Both the position numbers and the translations under genes were made by a program. This document shows, in pieces, positions 25,904 through 37,673 of a DNA stretch of 64,000 bases. The first letter of the stretch is position 1. Each line of letters opens with the position of its first letter. The stretch is from contig NC_058377.1 of the NCBI RefSeq assembly GCF_018350175.1, positions 61,070,001 to 61,134,000 of the forward strand, given 5' to 3'. The DNA is from Felis catus. Taxonomy: Eukaryota. Under the pieces are notes generated by a model. That model was not told the origin of the DNA. It did not search any database and saw only the letters and a list, made by a program, of their open reading frames with translations.

Positions 25904-26674
25904 ACAGAATGTTCACTGACTCTTGAACCAAACTAGGTCCTTCAAAATAGACTAGGTCCTTCATAACTAAGAAAGATGATATTTTGAACTCACATTAGCC
26001 ACACCTTTCTTCAGTCTCCGTATTTTCAGGAATCATATGGAGAAGAAAGGCTATATTGATCATGTGTACCTCTGAGACTCTGAAACTGATTACAAACCTT
26101 GCCTTACTCATTTCTATATCCTTGGTGAATTGTGATGAACAAGTAAATATTAGCTGAATGGACTGAAACTGAATGTGGTTATGGAGAATGAATTGAGCAG
26201 TAGCAACAATTTTGATACCTCAGCCTGTGAGGTGCTGTGTTCCTAGGAGTCCCACACATTGATTTGGCTGTATATGGATTCATTGTGACATTATAAGAAA
26301 ATTAAGGCTTTGGAGCTAGACAAACTTCAAATCCTAGCTCCTCTAAACTAGTCCGTTGAATACAAGTTTGTTGAGTTACTTATCATGATAATTAATTCTA
26401 NNNNNNNNNNNNNNNNNNNNNNNNNNNNNNNNNNNNNNNNNNNNNNNNNNNNNNNNNNNNNNNNNNNNNNNNNNNNNNNNNNNNNNNNNNNNNNNNNNNN
26501 NNNNNNNNNNNNNNNNNNNNNNNNNNNNNNNNNNNNNNNNNNNNNNNNNNTTATTTAAATAAATGCTTAACAAATGTTGATTTGCCTCACATTTTAGCTT
26601 GAAGGGTGAGGTACTTGACTAAAATATTTTCCCTGTGGTCAACTAATGTCTCTGTGTCTCAATGCACAGGTCAA

Positions 26675-26895
26675 TTTTTTTTTAATCACTTTTTTTTGTG
26701 TTTCTATTTTTTGAGAAAGAGAGAGAACAAACCAGGGAGGGGCAGAGAGAGAGAGAGTGAGAGAGAAACCTCGACCAGGCTCCGCGTTTTCAGCTCAAAG
26801 CCAGATGTGGGGCTCAAACTCACGAACTGTGAGATCATGATCTGAGTCAAAATCAAGAGTTGGACGCCTAACTCACTGAGCCACCCGGCTGCTCC
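26675..26895 (-). mobile_element. Can-SINE
   Basis: Reverse SINE body: gagatcatgatctgag, actgagccaccc. Confidence 0.9.
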
Positions 26896-27720
26896 AGGTG
26901 TGGGTCAGTTTTAGCCGCATGTAAAATCACCTACAGAACTTTAAAACATGGATACCTAAATGCTACCCCAACACTAATTTTTCTTCCCTAAAGTTTCATT
27001 TAAACAGAATCATGCAGTATGTGATCTTTTGTCACTTAGCATATTGCCCATGAGATTTATCCATGTGAAACTACAAAACACCAAAGCAATAGCATTTAAT
27101 GACAGAAAAAAAAAATACAGAAAAGATAATTACCTACAAATTGATGACAATCTGGCCAACAATAAGTTTTCTCAAAGTAATAATAGATTCTAGAAGACTG
27201 TAGGATAATGACATCAAAAAGCTAAGGAAACGTAGTAACTGGAGAATGGAACTGTATCATTCAAGAGAACAGTATCATTCAAGAAGAACTAAAGAAAACT
27301 GTAGATGAACACAGAACACAGAAATTAGCACCAAGAAACTCTCACTAAGTGGTGAGGTATGTACTTGAGAAAGAAGGACATAAGTCAAAAAGGAATGATT
27401 GGGGCAAAAAAAACTGGGGGGGAGGGGAAGATGGAATTTGTAAACCTGGTAGTAAGTCTTAGATGATAAACCAAAGATATGTGATTATGTATCATGTTAA
27501 TTTTAAATTTCTTATTTTTAGCCACAGATGATTCTAGTTTTATGTTTTTTAGGAAATAATACTTTAATATTTTGGTAAAGAGGCATACTCAGTGATATGT
27601 TTGCCTGTAGGTAATGATTGTTACAACATACAATGTATCTTTGGAAGAATTACTTCCCACAGAAAAGTCTTAGCCCTCTGACCATTAAAAGAGGATCTTT
27701 ATGAAGAAATCACACATTCT

Positions 27721-27935
27721 GGGGCTCCTGGGTGGCTCAGTCGATAAGCGTCCAACTTCAGCTTGGGTCATGATCTCGTGGTTTGTGAGTTTGAGCCCCA
27801 CGTAGGGCTCTGTGCTGACAGCTCAGAGCCTGGAGCCTGCTTCGGATTCTGTGTCTCCCTCTCTCTCTGCTCCTCCCCCACTCACACTCTGTCTCTCTCT
27901 CTCAAAAATAAATAAACATTAAAAAATTTTAAAAA
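27721..27935 (+). mobile_element. Can-SINE just downstream of the OR52S-like stop codon
   Basis: Perfect 17-bp TSD aagaaatcacacattct (27704-27720 and 27936-27952). Confidence 0.95.
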
Positions 27936-28003
27936 AAGAAATCACACATTCTAAGATAGATAATATAACATTTGTTCATATATTACTCATCAACACAAAA
28001 GAC

Positions 28004-28954
28004 TTATTTCACAGGCTTTGAAAAAGTGAAAAATTTAAGAAACCTGTCCCGTATCTTCTTGGTCCTTACCCCGTAGATAATAGGGTTCACCATGGGTGGG
28101 ACCAGAAGATAGATGTTGGCCACAAATATGTGGACATGGGGAGCCACATGGTGCCCAAACCTGTGGGTAAGGAAAGAGAAGAAGGCTGGAGTATAAGACA
28201 CTAAGATGACACAGATATGGGAGCCACAGGTACCCAAGGTCTTGAATCGGGCATCCTTGGATGGGAGGTGGAAGACAGTGTGCAGTATGAGAACATAAGA
28301 ACAAATGATCAATATGAAGTCCAGGCCACCAGTAAGGAAGGCAACGATGAGGCTGTAGGCTCTACGGATTCTTGTCTCAGCACAGGCAATCTTGATGAGG
28401 GCCATGAACTCACAGTAGGTGTGGGAAATGATATTGGTTCTGCAGTAGGGAAGCCAACGTAGCAGGAAGGGGTGAGGACTGAGAAGTGCTGTGCCCCGGA
28501 GTACTATAGCTAGACCCATCCCCCCAATTACAGCATGTGTCAGAATAGCTGAATGTCTTAATGGGTTACAAATGGCTACATAACGGTCAAAAGCCATGGC
28601 CAGAAAGAAGCCAGATTCCATGGTAGAGCAAGAGTGAATCAGGAACACTTGAGTGAGGCAGGCTTCAAAGCGAATCTCTCCATCATGGAACCAGAAAAGG
28701 CTAAGAAGTTTTGGTATAGCTGTACTACACACAACCAGATCAGCCACAGCCAGCATGCAGAGGAAGAGGTACATTGGCTCATGGAGGCTGGGGTCTGTCT
28801 TAATGATAAACAGAAGAGAGCAGTTTCCCAGGAGGGCCAAAAGGTATACCACACAAAAGGGGATGGAGATCCAGATGTGGGCAGCCTCCAACCCAGGAAT
28901 GCCAATGAGGATGAAGGTTGATGGATGGACATCAGTCTTATTGTATGCTGACAT
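28004..28954 (-). CDS. Class I olfactory receptor, OR52 family (OR52S-like; 316 aa, intact)
   Basis: Start MSAYNKT with N-glycan sequon; [47 protein letters not shown]; acceptor tttgttgtag at 28999-28998. Subfamily assigned from recalled gene order. Confidence 0.9.
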   Translation of the reverse strand: MSAYNKTDVHPSTFILIGIPGLEAAHIWISIPFCVVYLLALLGNCSLLFIIKTDPSLHEPMYLFLCMLAVADLVVCSTAIPKLLSLFWFHDGEIRFEACLTQVFLIHSCSTMESGFFLAMAFDRYVAICNPLRHSAILTHAVIGGMGLAIVLRGTALLSPHPFLLRWLPYCRTNIISHTYCEFMALIKIACAETRIRRAYSLIVAFLTGGLDFILIICSYVLILHTVFHLPSKDARFKTLGTCGSHICVILVSYTPAFFSFLTHRFGHHVAPHVHIFVANIYLLVPPMVNPIIYGVRTKKIRDRFLKFFTFSKPVK

Positions 28955-29328
28955 AACAAGTGCCTGATGTTTTAGCTTTCTCTTGGTGTATTTTCCTCTA
29001 CAACAAACAAAAATAATAGCTTGCAAATTTTGAAACCTTTGATGATCTAAGTAAACCAAAATGCAGGGAATTGCAGGTCATAAAATAATTCCAATGTCTG
29101 TAAATATTTATGAATTATTTCATCATCATATCTGATTATCAGATATTATTTCACAGTTGTAATTACAATGTGGCTGATCTATGGATGCTATATGAGGGAA
29201 AATATCTAGGCACCAAAAATTGGAGCTTAATGTGTGAAAATCCAAAATCTTTTACACACTGAGAAGAAAGTAATATGTAAAAAGTAATATGCTAAAAAAT
29301 ATGTAAGAGTCCCAGGTATATTGTGATA

Positions 29329-29412
29329 AGTGATTCAGTACTTACATATAACACCCATATTATACTGTGTGCTAACTAACTGGAATTTAAATAAAAACAT
29401 AAATAAAAATAA
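29329..29412 (+). mobile_element. Tiny 5'-inverted carnivore L1 3' end
   Basis: 29329-29357 is the reverse complement of L1 3'UTR tgggtgttatatgtaagtactgaatcact; 29358-29412 is the sense L1 terminus plus A-rich tail. Confidence 0.7.
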
Positions 29413-30302
29413 GTTTAGATGCTTAGTGGAATTTCTGTATGATTAATTCATCAAAACCACACTGTATGTAATGGCTCCTTCAATTAACTTCTTCTTTCAT
29501 TACGATACATGTATTTGTAAATGTATATGTAGAATCATGTGGGGAAAAATGTGTAAGAGTCACGGGTTTGGAGGACTTAGAAACAGTTGTAAGACACAGG
29601 TTAGAAAGGCAGGAGGGATGATAGGAAGTTTTAAATAGAAAATATACCTTTTCTTTTAGATTTTAGTCATATTAGTTCATGCCAAGATGCCAAGTGATAG
29701 TGCATAGCTTTGAGAAGGGAATCCCAAAATTTGGGAGGATGTGTGACTTTCTTTGGAAGGACCAGGAGGAAGTTCATTCACACTGACATGGAACTCATTC
29801 AGCATGATGGCCAGAGTGGGGCTGATAACAATGTGTCAGGAAATGAATTGGATTTCTTAACCAACAGAATTTCAGGAATGATGAAAACAAGCATTAGTGA
29901 GGTTTGGGCTAAAGAGTGATCCTTATGCCCAATTGATTGGAGAAAATTGAACCTGCTCTTAGTGGAAAATTGTATAGTGATCATTCTTATTAAAAACAAA
30001 GTTTTGGACAGACCAATTTAACTACGTGCCATCTCAGTGGACAATGTTCATATATACATGTGGAAGTATATACAGTAATTTTCATTGTAAAAGTTCCTGT
30101 AAAAGAATAAATATTGAAACATTCAAAATGCCCATCAGTAAAGTAATACTGAACTTAAAAATCTGTGGTATATTTATATTTTAGAATACTTAGAAGCACT
30201 TAGAATAAGTAAAGTATATTTTTGCAAACTGACAGAAAAATGAAAAAAGGAAGCATAAATTTTATTTTTCCATTAACATTGACACACATGCAAAAATTAA
30301 GC

Positions 30303-30306
<4 letters not shown>

Positions 30307-30335
<29 letters not shown>
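30307..30335 (+). repeat. (GT)n microsatellite
   Basis: Direct read. Confidence 0.95.
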
Positions 30336-30339
<4 letters not shown>

Positions 30340-32013
30340 CATGTATGGATGTGGGTGTAGACACACACATTTATAATAAAACTTTTATAAACATAAGAAA
30401 TAACCTAAAAAGGATATACATTCAATGTAGGAGAGGTCTAAAATATGGGCTCTGTTTAAAGTATGTAAGTAAATAATACAGAGTTACAAATGTATTTATC
30501 AGAAAAATGTACAACCCAAGAAGTTACAAAGAAGATGTAGCTTTCTATGTCTTGTAAAATATTAGCAAGTTTTCTAACCCCTTGAAATACCTTTCCTATA
30601 TTTCTCTCCTTGGAGAACTGGTCATCTACTCACTTCATGAAGGTGGTAACCCTGTGTCTTTATTTGTCATAGCATTTCTTCACACATACAAACCCTTAGT
30701 AATTTGGTTAGAATTGAAGACTCTACTCACATATCAGCTCCTGTGAGATTATTTTTCTGGGAACTTTGAACCATCACTGATATCCTTCAAGTGTTCCTAT
30801 GATATGTATACTTACCTGTCTTCTATTTTTTGTCATATTGTCTATTTCTGCATGTTTTCTCGTTTATTATATTGCAAATATATATATGTATATATAATGC
30901 AAATAAATATATTGTAAATATATACATTGCAAATAAAATACTTGGCAGAGGCCATGTACTTTCATATATTTGCTTGTTCCAAAGAATGAAGAAAAAGAGA
31001 AAAGGAAAAGACAAAGGAATGTTATTATTTTTCTGGTAAATAATTTCAATATAAATTTAAGACAACCAGTGGAATCACTATAAATTTATTATAGTGCACA
31101 CTATCTTCAAACACTATAGTGCATTAACAGTTTTCCTGATTCGAATATTAAATCTTTAAGACATACCCAGGGATTAGTTTCTAACAAAATTGAATTCTGT
31201 CAGCATTTCATTCCTTGTCTGATTATAGGATGGATAAAAAGAAGGTTCAGAGGAAAATAAATTTACATCTGCTTTTGGGGAGGAATAAAATTAAAAAAAA
31301 CCTATTATATCTTCTGGCTAAATTCTACACCCCTATACATCTCCTTAAAAAAATTAATCAACATGCATTGGCATATATTAGGTAGTATATTACTAACATT
31401 GCAGGCATTATCCCATTTAATCCTTAAGGAAGGGGGTTGGTAGATAACCATACTCATAATACAGCTTAAAAAAAAAAACCTAAGAATGTTAATTTACGTT
31501 CCCAAAGCTATTCTACTATGAATTCAAGGATGTGGAATTTGAACCCTACTTAAGTATAATTACAAAGTTTGTAATCTTTACATTAAGCTTTAGGAGATGA
31601 GCACTTCTTAAGGTTTTATAAATGTAAAATGGCATAATGCATTTATGACTACACGAGCAGTATGAAACATTGCTCAAATACCATAGATTCGCTCAGGCTA
31701 AAGAACTGACACAACTATACTCCCATCCTTTCCTTCATCAGACTTCCTCTGATGTACTGAACTAAGCAGAGAAGCCCATGCACAAATTTATTCTCAATAA
31801 AAGTTGCAGCCTAATCTCAGCCCATACAGGGTAAAACAGAGGTAGGTTGTCTATTCAGGTGCCACAAAGCCAAATAGGCTCAGGTGCCCCAAGAAATCTT
31901 ATACAAGATGTTTTTTTATAGAGCCTGTTTGTTCTATTAGAGCCCTGAAACCTTCTCTTTGGCTGTGGTCCACTTAGCCAGCCCATGACACAAATGAGTG
32001 TGACCAAACAGTG

Positions 32014-32210
32014 CCTTACCTACCAGGGGACCTGTGAGGATGAGGATAAGCATCTTGGTCTGAGGAACACTTTAGTTCTCTCAAGACTTATAGCATTTCC
32101 AAATAAGCTCAGTTATAGACATGTTTTCTGATTTCTAAAGCTCTCAAGGGCATAGAGTGGGGGTGGCCTCCCCACATGTCAAGATAAGAAACCGCTGGGA
32201 GTTCAATTTG
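32014..32210 (-). promoter_or_regulatory. Putative promoter and exon 1 of the OR52S-like gene
   Basis: O/E-like ctctcaaggg at 32141-32150, TATAAG (- strand) at 32092-32087, donor TAG|GTAAGG at 32019; a second consensus donor CAG|GTAAGT at ~30815. Confidence 0.45.
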
Positions 32211-32944
32211 AGCTCAGACTCAGGTTCTAAGTCTTTAGCACTAACATCAAATAACAGGAGAATCTAACAAGGGTGGGGAGAGGGAAGGTGAGTTTTTTGG
32301 AGTGTCTCTGGAGCCCACCTCTCAGCAGGATTGCTTGAGTCTCGGAATTGTTCTTAAATACATCATGTGCATTTATCACAAAAGGATAGATAAGTGTCTA
32401 GTTCCTTTACTTTAAATAATGTCTTTTTATTTTTAATATAGGAAAATATAAACACAAAACAAACATCAACCATACTATCACTTTGATATTTGGTTTAATT
32501 TTATTCCATGATTTTCATATTCATATACATTTGAATATTTAAGTCATATTAGACTTTAAAATTTTATATCAGAGTCTAAATAACATGTTGTAACATGTAC
32601 CTTATTCTTTTCGCAATTCATCAGAATAATTTTTGTGGGAGATTTATTTGATTATATGAAATTAATCAAAATGGGATTTTGGTGAAAGTTGAATTATATC
32701 TAAACATTAATGTGGAAAATTTGACAACTTTAATAAACATGCAATCCTCTCAGCCATCTAGATTTACTATGCTTTTGCATGTATTTCAGGCTCCTTTGAG
32801 AGCACTGAACAGTTTTTACATCATTTTTGTGTCAATCTCACCAATCTGTAAGTTGTAGAGGTTGGAATTTTATCAGATTAATTTTACATTTACTTACATT
32901 CTTTGTGGACATCTTAGATATGAGTCATATAAATTACAAATACA

Positions 32945-34965
32945 CAGCAGAGCTCCATTATATGGGGATTTCCATACTTGCAAATTTGCCCACTCCATAC
33001 AATTTAAATTGTAACTTAAATTATTGTCAAATAAATTCTCATGGCACTTTAACAGTTATTTGCAGCATGCAAAGAGCTGGTAAATATTTGAGTTGCCTGA
33101 CAGTCACATTCCCAGAGATTGAATAAGGTGAGGTTCTGACTTCTCATTTCAGCTATAAACAAGTGCTTTTGCAATCTGTTTCATGCCATATTTTTCATAT
33201 TTTTGTGTTTTTTGTTGACTCCACTGTTTAAAATGGCCCCCATGCATATGGCTGGTGCACACTAGAATAAGTAAATATCTTACCACTTATGGAGTTTACT
33301 GGTATAAATAATACTTTTCTAGTGTTTCTAAGTGCAAGATTGTAATGTGCCTTACGGAGAAAATAACCATCTTAGATAAACTCCATTCAAGTGTGAGTTA
33401 TAGCATTGTTGGTTGTGAGTTCAAGGTTAATGAATCAAAAATATAATATATACCCTGAAAAGGGAAGAGGAAACTTGTCTATCTGTGTGTGAAATCACTC
33501 TGGAAAGTACTAAAATAACATCGGTAGGTAGTGTGAGATAAAAATATGGAAAAGATGAAAAAGAGGTTAAATTTGTGGATTCAAGAGATGACAATTAAAA
33601 AAAAAAAAAAGCCTAGTGGGACAACCCTGGTGTGAGGAGGTCAAAGGTATTCAGTTATATCATTCCAGGTCAGAATAACAATCACTCTTCTAGGCTGGCA
33701 CAGGCTGGCTAGAAAATGTGTCAAAAGGCAACAAAGACATCAGGGAAATACAAATCAAAACCACACTCAGACACCACCTCACGCCAGTCAGAGTGGCCAA
33801 AATGAANNNNNNNNNNNNNNNNNNNNNNNNNNNNNNNNNNNNNNNNNNNNNNNNNNNNNNNNNNNNNNNNNNNNNNNNNNNNNNNNNNNNNNNNNNNNNN
33901 NNNNNNNNNNNNNNNNNNNNNNNNNNNNNNNNNNNNNNNNNNNNNNNNNNNNCAGCAGTAGCACTGCTAGGAATTTACCCAAGGGATACAGGAGTACTGA
34001 TGCACAGGGGCACTTGTACCCCAATGTTCGTAGCAGCACTCTCAACAATAGCCCAATTATGGAAAGAGCCTAAATGTCCATCAACTGATGAATGGATAAA
34101 GAAATTGTGGTTTATATACACAATGGAGTACTACAGGGCAATGAGAAAGAACGAAATATGGCCCTTTGTAGCAACGTGGATGGAACTGGAGAGTGTGATG
34201 CTAAGTGAAATAAGCCATACAGAGAAAGACAGATACCATATGGTTTCACTCTTATGTGGATCCTGAGAAACTTAACAGAAACCCATGGGGGAGGGGAAGG
34301 AAAAAAAAAAAGAGGTTAGAGTGGGAGAGAGCCAAAGCATAAGAGACTGTTAAAAACTGAGAACAAACTGAGGGTTGATGGGGGGTGGGAGGGAGGGGAG
34401 GGTGGGTGATGGGTATTGAGGAGGGCATCTTTTGGGATGAGCACTGGGTGTTCTATGGAAACCAATTTGACAATAAACTTCATATATTGAAAAAAAAAGG
34501 CAACAAAGAATATACAATGTTAAACTTGGAGCTCAGGCCTCAGGCAGGTTCTGCTAATCAGGAGGTTGCAGATGAGTTCTTCAAATGCCTATTAAATGGC
34601 ATTAAGCAGTAAGCAGTAAGTGGAAAACAAGTATCAACACTAATGAGACTGGCTTGTCCTATAAAGACTTTGCCGAAGGAACCAACATAAGTGGCCTCCA
34701 AAGCCCCCGGTTTTCAATCATTTAAGGACTGTACAATTAATCATTTGTAAGAACTATGTATTAAATGAGGTGTATTTTCACAGAAACACACATTTAAAAA
34801 AAGTTTATGTATTGGCTGATTGACAAAAATGTTGTGACAAGATGCTTGTAGGAATCTTACTCTGCATTTCCCCTAAGAGCAATGGTTCCAAATTTTCTAA
34901 TTCAGTGTTCAAGGACATAATTCAGTGTTATAGAACATAGCTATTGAGAATAATGAGAACTATGT
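32945..34965 (+). mobile_element. Tigger6/MER82-related TcMar DNA transposon fossil, split by an L1
   Basis: MER82-like ends (tttgcaaatttgcccactc; tgtttaaaatggcccc; gtgccttacggagaaaata; cagaaacacaca; tttcccctaagagcaatggttc; tatagaacatagc) plus extra internal sequence resembling degenerate transposase. Confidence 0.75.
33738..34494 (+). mobile_element. Young 5'-truncated felid L1 (ORF2 C-terminus + 3'UTR)
   Basis: IREIQIKTTLR..WKEPKCPSTDEWIKKLW..MLSEISH open to the stop at 34266; G-rich 3'UTR; 15-bp TSD aaaaggcaacaaaga (33723-33737 and 34495-34509). Confidence 0.95.
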
Positions 34966-34984
34966 TTGTGTGGATACACATATA

Positions 34985-35293
34985 GGTGTGCGGGGCAGAC
35001 TTGCTCACTCTTTCCACCACACTCTTTCCACCACGGGAGAACTCATGGGCTGAGGGAATCTCTCTTGGCGCAGAATAGTGCCAGGTTGGGGGAGAGGGGA
35101 TGTGGGTCAGGTGAAACTTTTCTTCTCATCCTTTTCCATTTGTATATTCTTGTATGAGCCACCAGGATCCTGTAATCTCTCAACTGAATTCCGGAACTCT
35201 CATATAGGTCTTTTCACCCATCAATGCTTGTTAAATCTGTGTTTTCGTATTGGGAAGAGTCCTGGGTCCTCTTATTCCGTCATCTTGCTGACT
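34985..35293 (-). mobile_element. Old L1 5'UTR start remnant
   Basis: ctcttattccgtcatcttgctgac is the reverse of the L1 5' terminus gtcagcaagatg(g>a)cggaata, with a degenerate YY1 site. Confidence 0.5.
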
Positions 35294-35359
35294 TAAACCT
35301 CGCTATTCTGCCTTCATTTTCTCAGAAGCCATAGCTCCGTATTGGTTCTCTCTTTTTGA

Positions 35360-35531
35360 GTCAGAATTAGAAATTAGATTCCTCAGAGACCTTGTGTGTT
35401 TTTACAAAACGGACTCTAGGGAATTTCCTGTTAAAGGCTCCTCACAGGCAAAGAGCAGCACCCTCATAAAGACTGAGCAGGTTGAGATAAAACAGAGACA
35501 GGATTCTCTCCTGGTGCTCATTCCGGTGAGT
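35360..35531 (+). promoter_or_regulatory. Putative promoter and non-coding exon 1 of the OR52E3-like gene
   Basis: Two homeodomain sites aattag (35365-35377), O/E-like cctcagaga (35381-35389) and ctctagggaa (35414-35423), CATAAA at 35465, donor CCG|GTGAGT at 35526; acceptor tttctttag at 38238-38239. Confidence 0.6.
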
Positions 35532-35604
35532 CTTCCCCATCTCCCAGCTCACAGAGCCTCCTTATGTCACAGTGATGGCTGAAGGGAAAGAGAGGGATAG
35601 GAAA
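35434..35604 (+). repeat. Inverted repeat arm A2 (171 bp, 100% identical to 10187-10357)
   Basis: Direct comparison. Confidence 0.97.
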
Positions 35605-36406
35605 GGAAGAGAAGAGCCATGGGATAAGTGTAGGGGATAGAGGACTAGGACTGAAGTTTAGAGAATGAGTAGGATTACATTAGGAAAAACCATATAATTC
35701 TAGTAAAAGCATTTGGATTTCAGCCTGAATCCATTCAATGGGCATTTTAGAAAAATTAGTCTGCCTGATATCTAAAGAATGATGGATAATTAGTATCTTT
35801 GGAACATGGTTCAGAGTGTTTTAAAAAATTATCTGTTTAAAACTAACAACATACTTAGGGTTTTAATCTTTATTATCTCTAATCTCTATTTTATAGATGA
35901 AAAGTGCTTGTTATTTAGTCTCCTTTGATTATAGAGTGACTAAGTCAGGAAACTGAGTTTCGACACAATTGGTCAAACTATAGAGCTCATGCTTTTAAGC
36001 ACTGTAAAGTATTGTGTTGTAATAAACCCCCAAAATGATCCCATGAGGACAGAGATAAATGTACTGATTTTAAATCTACTTGAAAAGTAGCATCACCTTT
36101 TTTGTTTGTTTGTTTGTTTGGGTTTTGTTTTTGTAGCTTTCTGAGACTATTGCCAACAATTTTGATCTCCTGAGATGTTACTGAAGAATATAAAAAAAAA
36201 ATTTAATAAAAGTATCTGCCATTGGCACTTTGCTTACATTGATAAATCACAGAAAATTTAGCTCCCATAATTGAATCCTACTTTCTATTCTTGTGTTGAT
36301 CACATCATGCCTTTTTATTCACCATTCCATTACAAGGCCAGAGGATTATAGAAGAGAGACCATTCTTACAGTCATGTCACAGAGCACCCCCTACAAATAA
36401 CATCTA

Positions 36407-36624
36407 GGGGCACCTGGGTGGCTCAGTAGGCTAAGCTTCTGAGTCTTGTTTTCAGCTCAGGTCATGGTCTCACAGTGCATAAGATCAAGCCCTTATTGGG
36501 GCTCTGCACTGACAGTGCAGAGCCTGCTTGGGATTCCCATTTGTCCCTCTCTCTCTGCTCCTCCCCTACTCATGCTCTCTCTTGCGTGCTCTCTCACTCT
36601 CAAAATAAATAAATAAACTTAAAA
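36407..36624 (+). mobile_element. Can-SINE
   Basis: TSD aaataa(c/t)atcta. Confidence 0.9.
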
Positions 36625-37454
36625 AAATAATATCTATTATTTTTAGCTTCCTTCCTTTTCAAATGTCTACCATTTCTTCCCAGGAGTTCCAGCTTTCCTC
36701 ACCCACATGGTACTACTCCCTCCATTAGTTGTTTATCACAGGCATGACACTTCTTGCCTCTGCTTCTCATACAACAATGTCTGGCTAATACCCTGATTGT
36801 CTAACTGGAACTGGGATCATAATTACTACTGCTCCTCTGGAATCCTCCAATGATATAAAATCATGAAAAGACACTTTTTACCAGAAAACAATTACATGTA
36901 ATGAATGATCAAGTGCTTCAGAAATACTCTAACAAATGACATAAAGTACATGAACATGTAGAACAGCTTGGGTAGCTTTGGATATGATAGATTCAGCTTG
37001 CTCAGAATATGCCACCTGCTCTTTTCTTCAACATATTTGTCATGCATCTTAACTCTTAAAATAATGACTGCCTGAGATTTATAATGAAGACACTGATATC
37101 TCTTATTCAGAGGGATGTGAGTTTAAAAGAGATTATGTGTTTGTGTGAATGTGTGTGGACAAAGGGAAGCTGTGTGGATCTGACGTGACTGAGGCACGAG
37201 TCAGCTTTTCCTTATTTCCAATCTCTCTCCATTCCAATTTAGTTATTTCCTCTCTACCTTCTTTCCGCAGCTCCAGAACTACAAGCACTTCAAACGTTTG
37301 GCAAGGGTTTTAAACTATTTAAGGTTCAGATCCACATGTAAAAATATGGTTAACTATGTTTTCCTATATGTGTTTATAAAGATTAGAGCTGGTACTTGCA
37401 TAGGTGCCGACAACGTGGAAAGTAATAGGTAGTACCTTCAAAAATGGTAGTTGC

Positions 37455-37673
37455 GGGGCGCCTGGGTGGCTCAGTCGGTTAAGCGTCTGACTTCAGCTCA
37501 GGTCAGGATCTCGTGGTCATGAGTTTGAGCCCTGTGTCAGGCTCTGGGCTGATGGCTCAGAGCCTGGAGCTTGCTTCTGATTCTGTGTCTCCCTCTCTCT
37601 CTGCCCCTCCCCCATTCATGCTCTCTCTCTGTCTCAAAAATAAAAAACGTTAAAATTTTTTTTTAAAAATAAA
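37455..37673 (+). mobile_element. Felid Can-SINE
   Basis: 15-bp TSD aaaaatggtagttgc. Confidence 0.95.

Noticed and set aside
28955-29059. 35-aa N-terminal extension of the 351-aa ORF
   Set aside because: It starts at TTG and crosses a good splice acceptor (28999-28998); the OR begins at ATG 28954.
31076-31115. Small hairpin/palindromes cactata...tatagtg
   Set aside because: Short AT-rich palindromes are expected by chance.
33718-34266. 182-aa ORF as a host gene
   Set aside because: It is the C-terminus of L1 ORF2 in a 5'-truncated insertion.
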